The notes beneath the pieces were generated by a model. It searched no databases, had not been told where the DNA came from, and was given only the letters and a program-made list of their open reading frames with translations. A stretch of 25,192 bases of DNA from Terriglobales bacterium (GTDB lineage: Bacteria > Desulfobacterota > Binatia > HRBIN30). A program made the translations under genes and the position numbers. The stretch is from NCBI GenBank assembly GCA_035627175.1, contig DASPMH010000342.1, positions 1 to 25,192 of the forward strand, in the 5' to 3' direction. This document shows, piece after piece, positions 8,997 to 17,675 of this stretch. Every line of letters begins with the position of its first letter. Position 1 is the stretch's first letter.

Positions 8997-9686
8997 TCAG
9001 ATCGAACCGGGCACGGTATCGAGGTGGCGGATGCTCTTGCCTTTGACCATGAACACCACCATTTCCGCGATGTTGGTCGAGTGATCGGCAATCCGCTCGA
9101 TGTACTTGGCGACGAACATGATGCGAATGGCGCGGCTGATCGTCTGCGGATCCTGCGCCATGTAGGACAGCAACTCGCGAAAGATCTGATGAGTCAGCCC
9201 ATCGATCTCGTCGTCGCGCCGGCAAACGTCGAGCGCCAAGTCGACTTCTTCGCGGACGAAGGCGTCGAGACTCTCGCGCAGCATCCGCTGGGCGACGTCG
9301 GCCATCCGCGGGATGTCGATGAACGGCTTGAGCTGCGGCTCCTGGTTGAGCTCGAGCACGCGCTCGCAGAGATTGACGGCCATGTCGCCGATGCGCTCGA
9401 GATCGGTGGTGATCTTGAGCGCGGTGGTGATCAGGCGCAGATCGCGAGCCGCCGGCTGGTGCAGCGCTAGCAAGCGCAGGCAGAGCTCATCGATCTCGAC
9501 GTCAAAGCGATTGACCGTGCCGTCGCGTTGGCTGGTCTCGTTGGCGAGCGCGTCATCGCGGTCCACCAGCGCCTGTACCGCGTGGGCGATCTGCTTCTCG
9601 ACCAGGCCGCCCATCTCGAGAATCTTGAGGTGAAGCTGTTTGAGCTGGGCCTCGTATTGTTGGTCCGTGTGTTGGCGAGTGCTCAT
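8997..9686 (-). CDS. phoU: Phosphate signalling complex protein PhoU, about 229 aa
   Basis: LLALHQPAARDLR, TDLERIGDMAVN, KYIERIADHSTNIAEMVVFMVKG; ATG at 9686 after AGGA. Confidence 0.97.
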   Translation of the reverse strand: MSTRQHTDQQYEAQLKQLHLKILEMGGLVEKQIAHAVQALVDRDDALANETSQRDGTVNRFDVEIDELCLRLLALHQPAARDLRLITTALKITTDLERIGDMAVNLCERVLELNQEPQLKPFIDIPRMADVAQRMLRESLDAFVREEVDLALDVCRRDDEIDGLTHQIFRELLSYMAQDPQTISRAIRIMFVAKYIERIADHSTNIAEMVVFMVKGKSIRHLDTVPGSI

Positions 9687-9705
9687 CAAGGGTATCCTAA
9701 CCGGC

Positions 9706-10500
9706 TCAGCCGAAGCGCCCGGTGATGTAATCCTCCGTCTCCTTGTTGGCCGGATTGGTGAAGATTTGGTCCGTTCGGCCGAATTCGACCAGCCGGCCGA
9801 GATAGAGAAAGGCGGTGTGATCGGAGACGCGCGCGGCCTGCTGCATGTTGTGAGTGACGATGACGATGGTGTAGCGCTCCTTGAGCTGGTGGATCAGTTG
9901 CTCGACCTTGGCGGTAGCGATCGGATCGAGCGCCGAGCAGGGCTCGTCCATCAGGATCACCTCCGGCTCGACGGCGAGCGACCGGGCGATACAGAGACGC
10001 TGTTGCTGCCCGCCCGACAACCCGAGCGCGCTGGCGTTGAGGCGGTCGCGCACTTCGTCCCATAGTGCGGCTTGCCGCAGGCTGCGCTCGACGATTTCGT
10101 CGAGCCGGGCGCGATCGCGCGTGCCGGCGATGCGTGGTCCGTAGGCGACGTTTTCGTAGATCGATTTGGGAAATGGGTTGGACTTCTGAAACACCATGCC
10201 GATGCGCGTTCGCAGTGCCGTGACATCGACGTCGGCGGCATTGATGTCGTTTCCCTCGAACAGGATCGAGCCGGTGATTTGCACGCCCTCGATCAGATCG
10301 TTCATGCGATCGAGACAGCGCAGCAGCGTCGACTTGCCGCAGCCCGAAGGTCCGATGAAGGCGGTCACCTCGTTGGCGACGATGTCGAGCGAGATGTTGT
10401 CGAGAGCACGTTTGCCGCTGCCGTAGCTGAGCGAAAGATCGCGAACGCGGATGATCGGTGCCTCGCTGGCGGTGACCGGGCTCGAAGCGGAGTGGGACAT
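9706..10500 (-). CDS. pstB: Phosphate ABC transporter ATP-binding protein PstB, about 264 aa
   Basis: [54 protein letters not shown]-terminus. Confidence 0.98.
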   Translation of the reverse strand: MSHSASSPVTASEAPIIRVRDLSLSYGSGKRALDNISLDIVANEVTAFIGPSGCGKSTLLRCLDRMNDLIEGVQITGSILFEGNDINAADVDVTALRTRIGMVFQKSNPFPKSIYENVAYGPRIAGTRDRARLDEIVERSLRQAALWDEVRDRLNASALGLSGGQQQRLCIARSLAVEPEVILMDEPCSALDPIATAKVEQLIHQLKERYTIVIVTHNMQQAARVSDHTAFLYLGRLVEFGRTDQIFTNPANKETEDYITGRFG

Positions 10501-10502
10501 GA

Positions 10503-12068
10503 TCAAAAGGCGCTACCGGCGAAGCGACGCCGCAGCCGATTGCGAAGCAGGATGGCGCCGAGGTTGAGGGTGATGACGATGACGACCAACAGCAGTGTCG
10601 TTGCGTACACCATCGGCTTGGCCGCTTCGACGTTGGGAGACTGAAAGCCGACGTCGTAGATGTGAAAGCCGAGGTGCATGAACTTGCGGTCGAGGTGAAG
10701 GAACGGCCAAGCGGTGTCGAGCGGCAGTGTCGGCGCGAGCTTGACTACGCCGGTGATCATCAACGGCGCAACCTCGCCGGCAGCCCGAGCCATTGCCAGG
10801 ATCAGGCCGGTGAGAATGCCCGGCAGCGCGTTGGGCAGCACCACTCGCCAGATGGTTTCAAGCTTGGTGGCGCCGAGGGCCAGCGATGCTTCGCGATGCT
10901 CGCGCGGTACTGCGGCGAGCGCCTCCTCGGTGGCGACCACCACTACCGGTACCGTCAACAAGGCGAGCGTCAGCGAGGCCCACAAGATGCCGCCGGTGCC
11001 GAAGGTCGGATTCGGCAACTGCTCGGCGAACAACAGTGCATCGATCGAGCCGCCGACGAAATAGACAAAAAAGCCCAAGCCGAAGACGCCGAAGACGATC
11101 GAGGGAACGCCGGCAAGATTGTTGACCGCAATTCTGACAATGCGGACCAGCATCCCTTGGCGGGCGTACTCGCGCAGGTAGAGCGCCGCCAAGACGCCGA
11201 ATGGCACGACTGCGACCGTCATAATCAGCACCATCATGACTGTACCGAACAGTGCGGGGAAGACGCCGCCTTCGGTATTCGACTCGCGCGGCGCGGCGCT
11301 GATCAGCTCCCACAGCTTGGCGGCGTAGAGCCGGAGCTTCGCCGGCAATGCCATCTGATTGGGGCGATAGATTCGCACCACGTCGATCAACGCCATCTCG
11401 CTGCGCTGCCCGTCCGCAGTCGTCAGGATCAGACGGTCGCGCTCGCTCTTCTGCAGCAGCGTCGCGAGCTCACTCTGCAGATCCGCAGCACGCTGCTCGA
11501 GCGCGTGCGCCTCGACGGTGCCGGCGTCGCGCTGGCGCACCCTCTCGAGCTGGTCACTGACGGCCGCGATGTCACGGGTCTCGAGAGCCCGAATACGCTC
11601 GGCGAGCAGGCGCGCCGCCGGCAAGCGCGCCCTCAGCGTATCCCAGGTCGGGACATCGCCAGTCGCGATCACTGCCTCGCCGCTGCGCATCTCGACGAGA
11701 AAACCGTAGAAGTTGCCCCATTCCCTGCGCTCGACCACGATGGCGTGGGCCGGCGCACTGCGTGCGGTGATCTCGGCCTCGACGAGCCAGCGGAAGTCGG
11801 CGCCGTACAGCTCGCGATTGCCGACATGAACCTGAAGCCGAGGTCTGCGCGGATCGTCCTCCGAAACCTCACGATCCCGTATCGGTCCGAGGATGGTGCT
11901 GCCGTCGGCCAACTGGAGCTGAACGATTTCGGCGGGCCAGAATACCGGCAAGGCGTGCCGTAGGATCAGCAGGAGCAAGCCGATGACCATCAGCAGGCTG
12001 AGCCCGAGCGCCGCGCCCGCCAGCCAGATCAGCGGCTCGCCGTTGCGAATGGTAGTCCGCCACGTCAT
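10503..12068 (-). CDS. pstA: Phosphate ABC transporter permease PstA, long form with extracytoplasmic insertion, about 521 aa
   Basis: ATG at 12068 ([15 protein letters not shown]) overlaps the pstC stop (ATGA). [54 protein letters not shown]. About 230 aa of soluble/coiled-coil sequence follows TM1. Confidence 0.95.
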   Translation of the reverse strand: MTWRTTIRNGEPLIWLAGAALGLSLLMVIGLLLLILRHALPVFWPAEIVQLQLADGSTILGPIRDREVSEDDPRRPRLQVHVGNRELYGADFRWLVEAEITARSAPAHAIVVERREWGNFYGFLVEMRSGEAVIATGDVPTWDTLRARLPAARLLAERIRALETRDIAAVSDQLERVRQRDAGTVEAHALEQRAADLQSELATLLQKSERDRLILTTADGQRSEMALIDVVRIYRPNQMALPAKLRLYAAKLWELISAAPRESNTEGGVFPALFGTVMMVLIMTVAVVPFGVLAALYLREYARQGMLVRIVRIAVNNLAGVPSIVFGVFGLGFFVYFVGGSIDALLFAEQLPNPTFGTGGILWASLTLALLTVPVVVVATEEALAAVPREHREASLALGATKLETIWRVVLPNALPGILTGLILAMARAAGEVAPLMITGVVKLAPTLPLDTAWPFLHLDRKFMHLGFHIYDVGFQSPNVEAAKPMVYATTLLLVVIVITLNLGAILLRNRLRRRFAGSAF

Positions 12069-14263
12069 AGCGATTGATACTTGCGCCGCAGCCGCTGGCG
12101 AATCAGCTCGGCGGCGGTGTTGACCGTGAAGGTGGTCAGAAACAGCAACAGCGCGGCGAGGAACAGCACCCGGTAGAGCGTGCCGCCGAACGGTGCTTCG
12201 GGAATTTCGACGGCGATGTTGGCCGACAAGGTGCGCATACCGGTAAATAAGCTCCAGTCGAGCACCGGCGTGTTGCCGGTTGCCATCAGCACGATCATGG
12301 TCTCGCCGACGGCGCGTCCGAAACCGATCATCACCGCCGAGAAGATGCCGGCGCTCGCCGTCGGCATCACCACCCGCAAGGCGGTTTGCCAGCGCGTCGC
12401 ACCGAGCGCGAGCGAAGCCGAGACCAGGCGTTGCGGTACGTTCGACAGAGCATCTTCGGCAATGGTGAAAATCACCGGAATCACGGCAAAGCCGAGAGCG
12501 AAGGCGACGACCAACGAGTTGCGTTGGTCGAGCCGGCCGCCGTGCTCGACCAACCAATGTCGAAAGTCGCCTTGGAAAAGCCAGTCTTCGAGCTGCGGCC
12601 CGATGGCAAAGGACACCCAAGCGCTGATGACGAGGAGCAGCACGATCGGCAGGAGCTCGGCTCCAGGGGAGCTCAGGCGTCGGCGCAGTGCTTGCGGGGC
12701 TGCTTGCCAGCAGATCGCAGCCGCAAAGATCAGCAGCGGCGATACCAGCAGCATCGCCATGAGTGCGGGGATGCGATGCTCGAGCGCCGGTGCGAGCCAG
12801 AGACCGGCGAGAAAGCCGAGCACGACGCTCGGCAGCGCCGCCATGATCTCGACTGTCGGCTTGATCACGGCGCGCAGCCGGGGATGGGAGAATTGCGAGG
12901 TGTAGAGTGCCGCCAGGATGGCGATCGGCGCAGCGAACAGTAGACTGTAGAGAGTGCCTTTCATGGTGCCGACGATCAGCGGCACCAGGCTCAGTTTGGG
13001 CTCGAAGTCGTCGGTGCCGCCGGTCGACTGCCAGACGTGCGCCGGTTCGGAGTAGCCCTCGTACCAAACCTTGCCGAAGAGCGCCCGCCAGCTCACCTCG
13101 GGGTGCGGATCCGAGATTGTCCAGGTGCGCAGCCAGCCCTCGCCGTCGAGCAGCAACAGCCCGTCGCCCTTGGGGGCGAAGGCAAGAGCGGTGGCGCCGG
13201 ATCCTGATCGCTGCAGCCACTGCCGGCCCTGGCCGGTGGTCGCCTGGTACATCCGCACGGCGCCGGCTTGGCTCGCTGCGGCAAAGCGCTTGTCGCGCGG
13301 CGAGGGTACGATGGCGACCACACCGCGCCCGAGTGATTCGAAGTCGCGGGTTCGGACGAGACGAAAGCCTCCCGGCGATGCCGCATCGGCGAGCAGCGAC
13401 CAGGCCGCCAGCGAGCCCGATTCATCGCCGCTGATCACAGTGCGCGAGCCGCTCATCAACGCCAACGCCGATAAGCCCAGATCGCGTCGTCCGGTGACGT
13501 CGATCTTTTCGGCGAGGAGCGGCTTGGCCGGATCCTGCAGGCTCCAGCGGTAGAGAAAGCCATCCGAAGTGGCAACGTAAGCGGCGTCACCATCTTCGCT
13601 GAGATCCAACGCCCGCGCCTGGCCGCTGTCGAGCGGCAGCGGCGCGCGCTGCTCTTGCGCTTCTCCGCGACCGAACAGCGTTCGTGGTTGTGTCAGCGCA
13701 AGCAGCGACGGCGGCCGCTGCGGGCCCGCGACGACGGCGGTCATCCGACCTTCGCCGCCGGCAACGGCGAGGAGCGAGACACCGGTCGCCGCCAACGGCC
13801 AGCTGCCGGCGGCTTGCAAGGAGGGAGAGGTGCTGCCGGGCGCAGTGCGGATCTTGCCGGCGTGCAGGGCACCGTCGGCAGTGACCCAGTAGAGCGATTC
13901 CGGCTCCGGGTGACTCGCGGCAACAACGGGTGGCGCCGACGGTAGCGCCGAGCGGAACACCGGCCCCTGCTGTTGCGGCGGGATGCCGATCCATTCGCCG
14001 TCAGCGGTGACGGCGGTGAGGAGACCGCTGCCGCCGCCGTAGCGGAGCGCCATCCAACCGCGGTCGCCGCTCAATACCGCTACTTCTCGGGCGGTCGGCG
14101 TGCGCCACAACGGCGCAACCTCGACAGCGATGAACGCTAACAACGCGGCGATGCTGAGAATCACGGCGAGCCCGCCGGCGGTGACGACGACCTTGGCGGC
14201 ATCATCGAAAGCATAGCGGCGGCGCTGGCGGCCGGCCCGGCGGGTCGAATCGGTGTCCGACAT
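12065..14263 (-). CDS. pstC: Phosphate ABC transporter permease PstC, long form with WD40/beta-propeller-like domain, 732 aa
   Basis: C-terminal permease core ([41 protein letters not shown]). After TM1 there are WD-like blades: ALDLSEDGDAAYVATSDGFLYRW, ALALMSGSRTVISGDESGSLAAW, AIVPSPRDKRFAAASQAGAVRMY, ALAFAPKGDGLLLLDGEGWLRTW. Confidence 0.93.
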   Translation of the reverse strand: MSDTDSTRRAGRQRRRYAFDDAAKVVVTAGGLAVILSIAALLAFIAVEVAPLWRTPTAREVAVLSGDRGWMALRYGGGSGLLTAVTADGEWIGIPPQQQGPVFRSALPSAPPVVAASHPEPESLYWVTADGALHAGKIRTAPGSTSPSLQAAGSWPLAATGVSLLAVAGGEGRMTAVVAGPQRPPSLLALTQPRTLFGRGEAQEQRAPLPLDSGQARALDLSEDGDAAYVATSDGFLYRWSLQDPAKPLLAEKIDVTGRRDLGLSALALMSGSRTVISGDESGSLAAWSLLADAASPGGFRLVRTRDFESLGRGVVAIVPSPRDKRFAAASQAGAVRMYQATTGQGRQWLQRSGSGATALAFAPKGDGLLLLDGEGWLRTWTISDPHPEVSWRALFGKVWYEGYSEPAHVWQSTGGTDDFEPKLSLVPLIVGTMKGTLYSLLFAAPIAILAALYTSQFSHPRLRAVIKPTVEIMAALPSVVLGFLAGLWLAPALEHRIPALMAMLLVSPLLIFAAAICWQAAPQALRRRLSSPGAELLPIVLLLVISAWVSFAIGPQLEDWLFQGDFRHWLVEHGGRLDQRNSLVVAFALGFAVIPVIFTIAEDALSNVPQRLVSASLALGATRWQTALRVVMPTASAGIFSAVMIGFGRAVGETMIVLMATGNTPVLDWSLFTGMRTLSANIAVEIPEAPFGGTLYRVLFLAALLLFLTTFTVNTAAELIRQRLRRKYQSL

Positions 14264-14272
14264 GAGGCGCCG

Positions 14273-14328
14273 TGCTTAGCGGTCGAAGGTTACGGCGCGG
14301 TTACCGTCGCGCGACAGGCCAGTGAACT
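14273..14328 (-). promoter_or_regulatory. Putative Pho box array and -10 element upstream of pstC
   Basis: Read on the minus strand with 11-bp periodicity: AGTTCAC (14322-14328, weak), CTGTCGC (14311-14317), CGGTAAC (14300-14306), CCGTAAC (14289-14295). A 10-nt spacer and TAAGCA (14273-14278) follow. This resembles PhoB CTGTCAT-type direct repeats placed 10 nt upstream of a -10. Confidence 0.55.
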
Positions 14329-14333
14329 GCGCC

Positions 14334-14362
14334 TTTACTTCGGCGCGACCCGCTTCTATAGG
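14334..14362 (+). promoter_or_regulatory. Putative sigma70 promoter for DUF47-pit
   Basis: TTTACT (14334-14339), 17 nt, TATAGG (14357-14362), then 6 nt to ATG 14369; no Shine-Dalgarno. Confidence 0.45.
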
Positions 14363-14368
14363 GCGCCC

Positions 14369-14998
14369 ATGTTCGCGCGGCTATTTCCGAATGAGGGCAA
14401 GGGGTTCTTCGATCTCTTCGAGCAGCACGCCCGCAAGACGATGCAAGCGGCGGAGCTGCTCCACCAGATGTTGTCGAGCCCGGCGGACTCCGAGGAGCAG
14501 GCCAAGCGTATCAAAATGATCGAGCACGAAGGCGACGTCATCACCCATAACGCCGTCGAGACTCTCCACAAGACCTTTGTCACTCCGATCGATCGCGGCG
14601 ACATTCACCGCCTGATCACCCGGCTCGACGACATCCTCGACCTGATCGAGGCGACTTCGGAGCGGGCGTGGCTCTATGAGATTCCCAGCGCCGATGCCGA
14701 TGCGATGCAGCTGGCGTCGGTGCTGGTCGAATCGACGCGGTTAGTCGCCCAGGCGATGACCGGACTGCGCAATCTCAAGGATCGCGACGCACTGTTGAAG
14801 CTGTGCATGGAGATCAATCGGTACGAGAACGAAGGCGATTCGATTCTGCGCAATGCCCTGGCTCGCCTCTTCCGCAACACCACCGACCCGATCCTGATCA
14901 TGAAGATGAAGGAAGTCTACGACTTCCTCGAAGACGCGCTCGATCGCTGCGAAGACGTCGCCAACGTTCTCGAGGGCGTCGCCCTCGAATACACCTGA
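14369..14998 (+). CDS. DUF47 family (PhoU-like) Pit accessory protein, 209 aa
   Basis: IKMIEHEGDVITH, LHKTFVTPIDRGDI, LDDILDLIE, EINRYENEGD, KEVYDFLEDALDRCEDVANVLEGV; directly upstream of pit. Confidence 0.95.
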   Translation: MFARLFPNEGKGFFDLFEQHARKTMQAAELLHQMLSSPADSEEQAKRIKMIEHEGDVITHNAVETLHKTFVTPIDRGDIHRLITRLDDILDLIEATSERAWLYEIPSADADAMQLASVLVESTRLVAQAMTGLRNLKDRDALLKLCMEINRYENEGDSILRNALARLFRNTTDPILIMKMKEVYDFLEDALDRCEDVANVLEGVALEYT

Positions 14999-15054
14999 GT
15001 TCCGCCGAGCCGTAAGCTTCGGGACCAACCACAGCCGCGTTCGAGGATTGCTGG

Positions 15055-16053
15055 ATGGAGAGTCTTGCGCTTGTCGTGTTTCTGGTGCTGCTGGCGCTGG
15101 CGTTCGACTTCATGAACGGCTTCCACGACGCCGCCAATTCAGTGGCGACGATCGTCTCGACGCGCGTGCTCAGCCCGCGGCAAGCGGTCGCCTGGGCGGC
15201 TTTTTTCAACTTCGTCGCGGCCTTCGGTTTCGGCGTCGAGGTCGCCGAGACGGTCGGCAGGGGCATCATCGAACCAAGCGCCACCGGGCCGTTGGTGGTG
15301 TTTGCCGGTCTGAGCGCGGCGATCATCTGGGATTACATCACCTGGCACTTCGGTCTGCCGACCAGCTCCTCGCACGCTCTGATCGCCGGCTTTGCCGGAG
15401 CCGCGATCGCGGCGGTCGGTCCCGAGGCGGTGATCGCCTCCGGGATCATCCGTATTCTGCTCTTCATCGTCATCTCGCCGGCGATCGGGTTGTTCCTCGG
15501 GGTTGCCTTGATGACCGGCGTGCTCGCTCTCGTCCGAGATCGTTCGCCGGCCAGTGTCGACCATCGATTCCGCCGCCTGCAGCTGTTGTCCGCCGCGCTC
15601 TACAGTATCGGCCACGGCACCAATGACGCGCAAAAGACCATGGGCATCATCGCGGTACTGCTGTTCTCGACCGGCTACCTCGGCCCCACTTTCTACGTGC
15701 CGATGTGGGTGGTGTTGGTCTGCCATGCGGCGATCGCGCTGGGCACGATGTTCGGCGGCTGGCGCATCGTCAAGACGATGGGGATGAAGATCACCAAACT
15801 GCAGCCGATCGGCGGCTTTTGCGCCGAGACGGCTGGCGCGTTCACGCTATTCGGTGCCGCCATGGCCGGAATTCCGGTCAGCACGACGCACACCATCACC
15901 GGCGCCATTGTTGGCGTCGGCGCGACGCGGCGTTTGTCGGCGGTGCGTTGGGGCGTCGCCCGCAACGTCGTCTGGGCGTGGGTGCTGACGGTGCCGTGTA
16001 CGGCGGTGATCGCGATCGCGCTGGTGTCGGCGTTCAACCTGGTGTTGCGCTAG
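15055..16053 (+). CDS. pit: Inorganic phosphate transporter, PiT family, 332 aa
   Basis: Signature motifs NGFHDAANSVAT and GHGTNDAQKTMG, GLPTSSSHALI, GIPVSTTHTITG; highly hydrophobic. Confidence 0.97.
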   Translation: MESLALVVFLVLLALAFDFMNGFHDAANSVATIVSTRVLSPRQAVAWAAFFNFVAAFGFGVEVAETVGRGIIEPSATGPLVVFAGLSAAIIWDYITWHFGLPTSSSHALIAGFAGAAIAAVGPEAVIASGIIRILLFIVISPAIGLFLGVALMTGVLALVRDRSPASVDHRFRRLQLLSAALYSIGHGTNDAQKTMGIIAVLLFSTGYLGPTFYVPMWVVLVCHAAIALGTMFGGWRIVKTMGMKITKLQPIGGFCAETAGAFTLFGAAMAGIPVSTTHTITGAIVGVGATRRLSAVRWGVARNVVWAWVLTVPCTAVIAIALVSAFNLVLR

Positions 16054-16138
16054 TCCCGCACCTGGGGCTCACCCGTGTAGCTGCCGTCGGTAGACGGCGG
16101 CAGGTGCGCTGCGCGTCGCGTCGTGGCGAGACACGCAG

Positions 16139-16194
16139 AAATCCCCGCGCCTGCCGGCGCGGCCCCCTTTGGGAAATTTTGGGTAAAGGGGGCC
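16139..16194 (-). repeat. Composite palindromic (REP-like) element, copy 2 (inverted relative to copy 1)
   Basis: AAATCCCC, then GCGCC-tgcc-GGCGC (16147-16160), then GGCCCCCTTT-14 nt-AAAGGGGGCC (16161-16194). Lies between the convergent pit and exbB stops and may also serve as a terminator. Confidence 0.7.
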
Positions 16195-16201
16195 AGACCG
16201 T

Positions 16202-16924
16202 TCAGAGGCCCCGGGCTCGGCTCTTCGCTTCGAGCTCCGCCCATCCCTCGATTCGGTCGAGCAGCTCGCCCGAAGCATGGGCCAGGCCCTGTTCCTCGCG
16301 GTGAATAGCGGTCGAGAGATAGTGGAAGCCGAGCACCGCCGGAATCGCGACTACCAGGCCGAGCGCCGTCTCGATCAGCGCTTCGCTGATTCCCGCCGAC
16401 ACCGCCGACAACCCGCCCGAGCCCGTTGCGGCGATTCCTTGAAAGGCGGTGATGATGCCGAGGACCGTTCCCAGCAACCCGATGAAGGGCGCCGTCGAGC
16501 CAACTGACGAGAGCACGCTCAAGCCGCGGCGCAAATCGGTGCCGACCGCCTCCATGTAGCGCTCCATGTGGCGTTGCGTTCGGTCGACCGGGCTCAACCC
16601 GGAGATGTCGGCGGTAGCGCGGGCATGTTCGTAGGTTGCCAGGCCGTCGCGCACGATACGCGGCAGCTGCCCGTGGGGATACTTGCCGGCCTCCGCGATG
16701 ACTTCGGCGAACCGGCCCGCTTCGAGCAGGTTTTCGACCGCGAGGGCAAAGGCCCGCGATTCGCGTCGCGAGCGGCGCAGGCTGGCGATACGCTCGACAA
16801 ACACAGCCAGCGCCAACAGGCCCATCGCCAACAGAATCACGGCGACTGCGATTGCGGGAGCGCCGAGCTGGCTGCCCAAGCTCAGCAGCGAGAAAGTCGT
16901 ATCTGGGTTGGTCGGGTCAGTCAT
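16202..16924 (-). CDS. exbB: MotA/TolQ/ExbB family proton channel protein, about 240 aa
   Basis: STAPFIGLLGTVLGIITAF, AGISEALIETALGLVVAIPA. ATG 16924 (MTDPTNP) overlaps the tonB stop and is preferred over 16972. Confidence 0.92.
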   Translation of the reverse strand: MTDPTNPDTTFSLLSLGSQLGAPAIAVAVILLAMGLLALAVFVERIASLRRSRRESRAFALAVENLLEAGRFAEVIAEAGKYPHGQLPRIVRDGLATYEHARATADISGLSPVDRTQRHMERYMEAVGTDLRRGLSVLSSVGSTAPFIGLLGTVLGIITAFQGIAATGSGGLSAVSAGISEALIETALGLVVAIPAVLGFHYLSTAIHREEQGLAHASGELLDRIEGWAELEAKSRARGL

Positions 16925-17675
16925 CGAGCTCGAAGCGAATGCGGACGATTCGGTATACCGAAATCGCCACACCTTGGTAGAGCGCCGGCCGGTAGCGCCA
17001 TTCTTTGACTGCGCCGATGGCGGCTTCGACGAAGGGCTGCTCGCCGCTCTCTACGCTGATCTCGCCAACGCCGCCGTCAGCCTGGATCACCACCTTGAGC
17101 ACGACCATGCCGGTCTTGCCGCTGCGCCGGGCCTGGCGCGGGTAACGCGGCTGGCGGTTGCTCGCCAACGCGACCGGCGGCGTCGCGCCGGAGGGCAGCT
17201 CGACCACGCCCACCTTGCCGCCGGCGATGCCGGGGCTCGAACCGCCCTCGAGCCCGGCGGGATCGGCCACCGCCGGCTCGCCGGTGACAACGACGCCCGC
17301 ATCGGCGCTAGCTTCGACCTCTTTTGGCGGCTCTTTCGGCAGGTGTCGCGGCGCGACCAGCTCCCGCGCGGGCGGCGGCTTCTCCACCCGTCGCAGCTGG
17401 GCGCGTGGTAACACCACCGGCGCTGCCGCCGGTGCGGGCGCGGGCGGTGCGATCATCGCTGGGGGTGCTGTTGGCGCGGGCGCGGGCTTGGCCACGCTCT
17501 CGATGAAAGCGATTTCGACTTGTCTCTCGGGTGTCGGTCTCGTCGCGCGCGCCGCTACCGCGACTACCAGCGCGGCTGCGGCGAGATACAGCAGCAGCGA
17601 TGCCGACAGCGCGACACCCCATGGGCGCGGCGTATCGTTGCGTTCGACGTACGAGCGAAAGGTCTGGTCGATCAT
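16917..17675 (-). CDS. tonB: Energy transducer TonB-family protein, 252 aa
   Basis: Single N-terminal TM, Pro/Ala-rich linker, and TonB_C domain (PRYPRQARRSGKTGMVVLKVVI...AAIGAVKEWRYRPA). Confidence 0.9.
   Translation of the reverse strand: MIDQTFRSYVERNDTPRPWGVALSASLLLYLAAAALVVAVAARATRPTPERQVEIAFIESVAKPAPAPTAPPAMIAPPAPAPAAAPVVLPRAQLRRVEKPPPARELVAPRHLPKEPPKEVEASADAGVVVTGEPAVADPAGLEGGSSPGIAGGKVGVVELPSGATPPVALASNRQPRYPRQARRSGKTGMVVLKVVIQADGGVGEISVESGEQPFVEAAIGAVKEWRYRPALYQGVAISVYRIVRIRFELDD

Noticed and set aside
4221-11963. Long opposite-strand ORFs (4221-5129, 7135-8106, 8133-9470, 10662-11963 and similar)
   Set aside because: They are antisense shadows of well-supported genes (phoH, phoR, phoB/phoU, pstA) and have no family motifs.
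12069-13220. 384-aa N-terminal extension of PstA (905-aa ORF)
   Set aside because: It overlaps pstC in another frame with Arg-rich nonsense composition. The real start is ATG 12068, coupled to the pstC stop.
17400-17495. GC-rich short tandem-like repeats
   Set aside because: They encode the Pro/Ala linker of TonB (PAPAPTAPPA...PPAPAPAAAP) and are not an independent repeat element.
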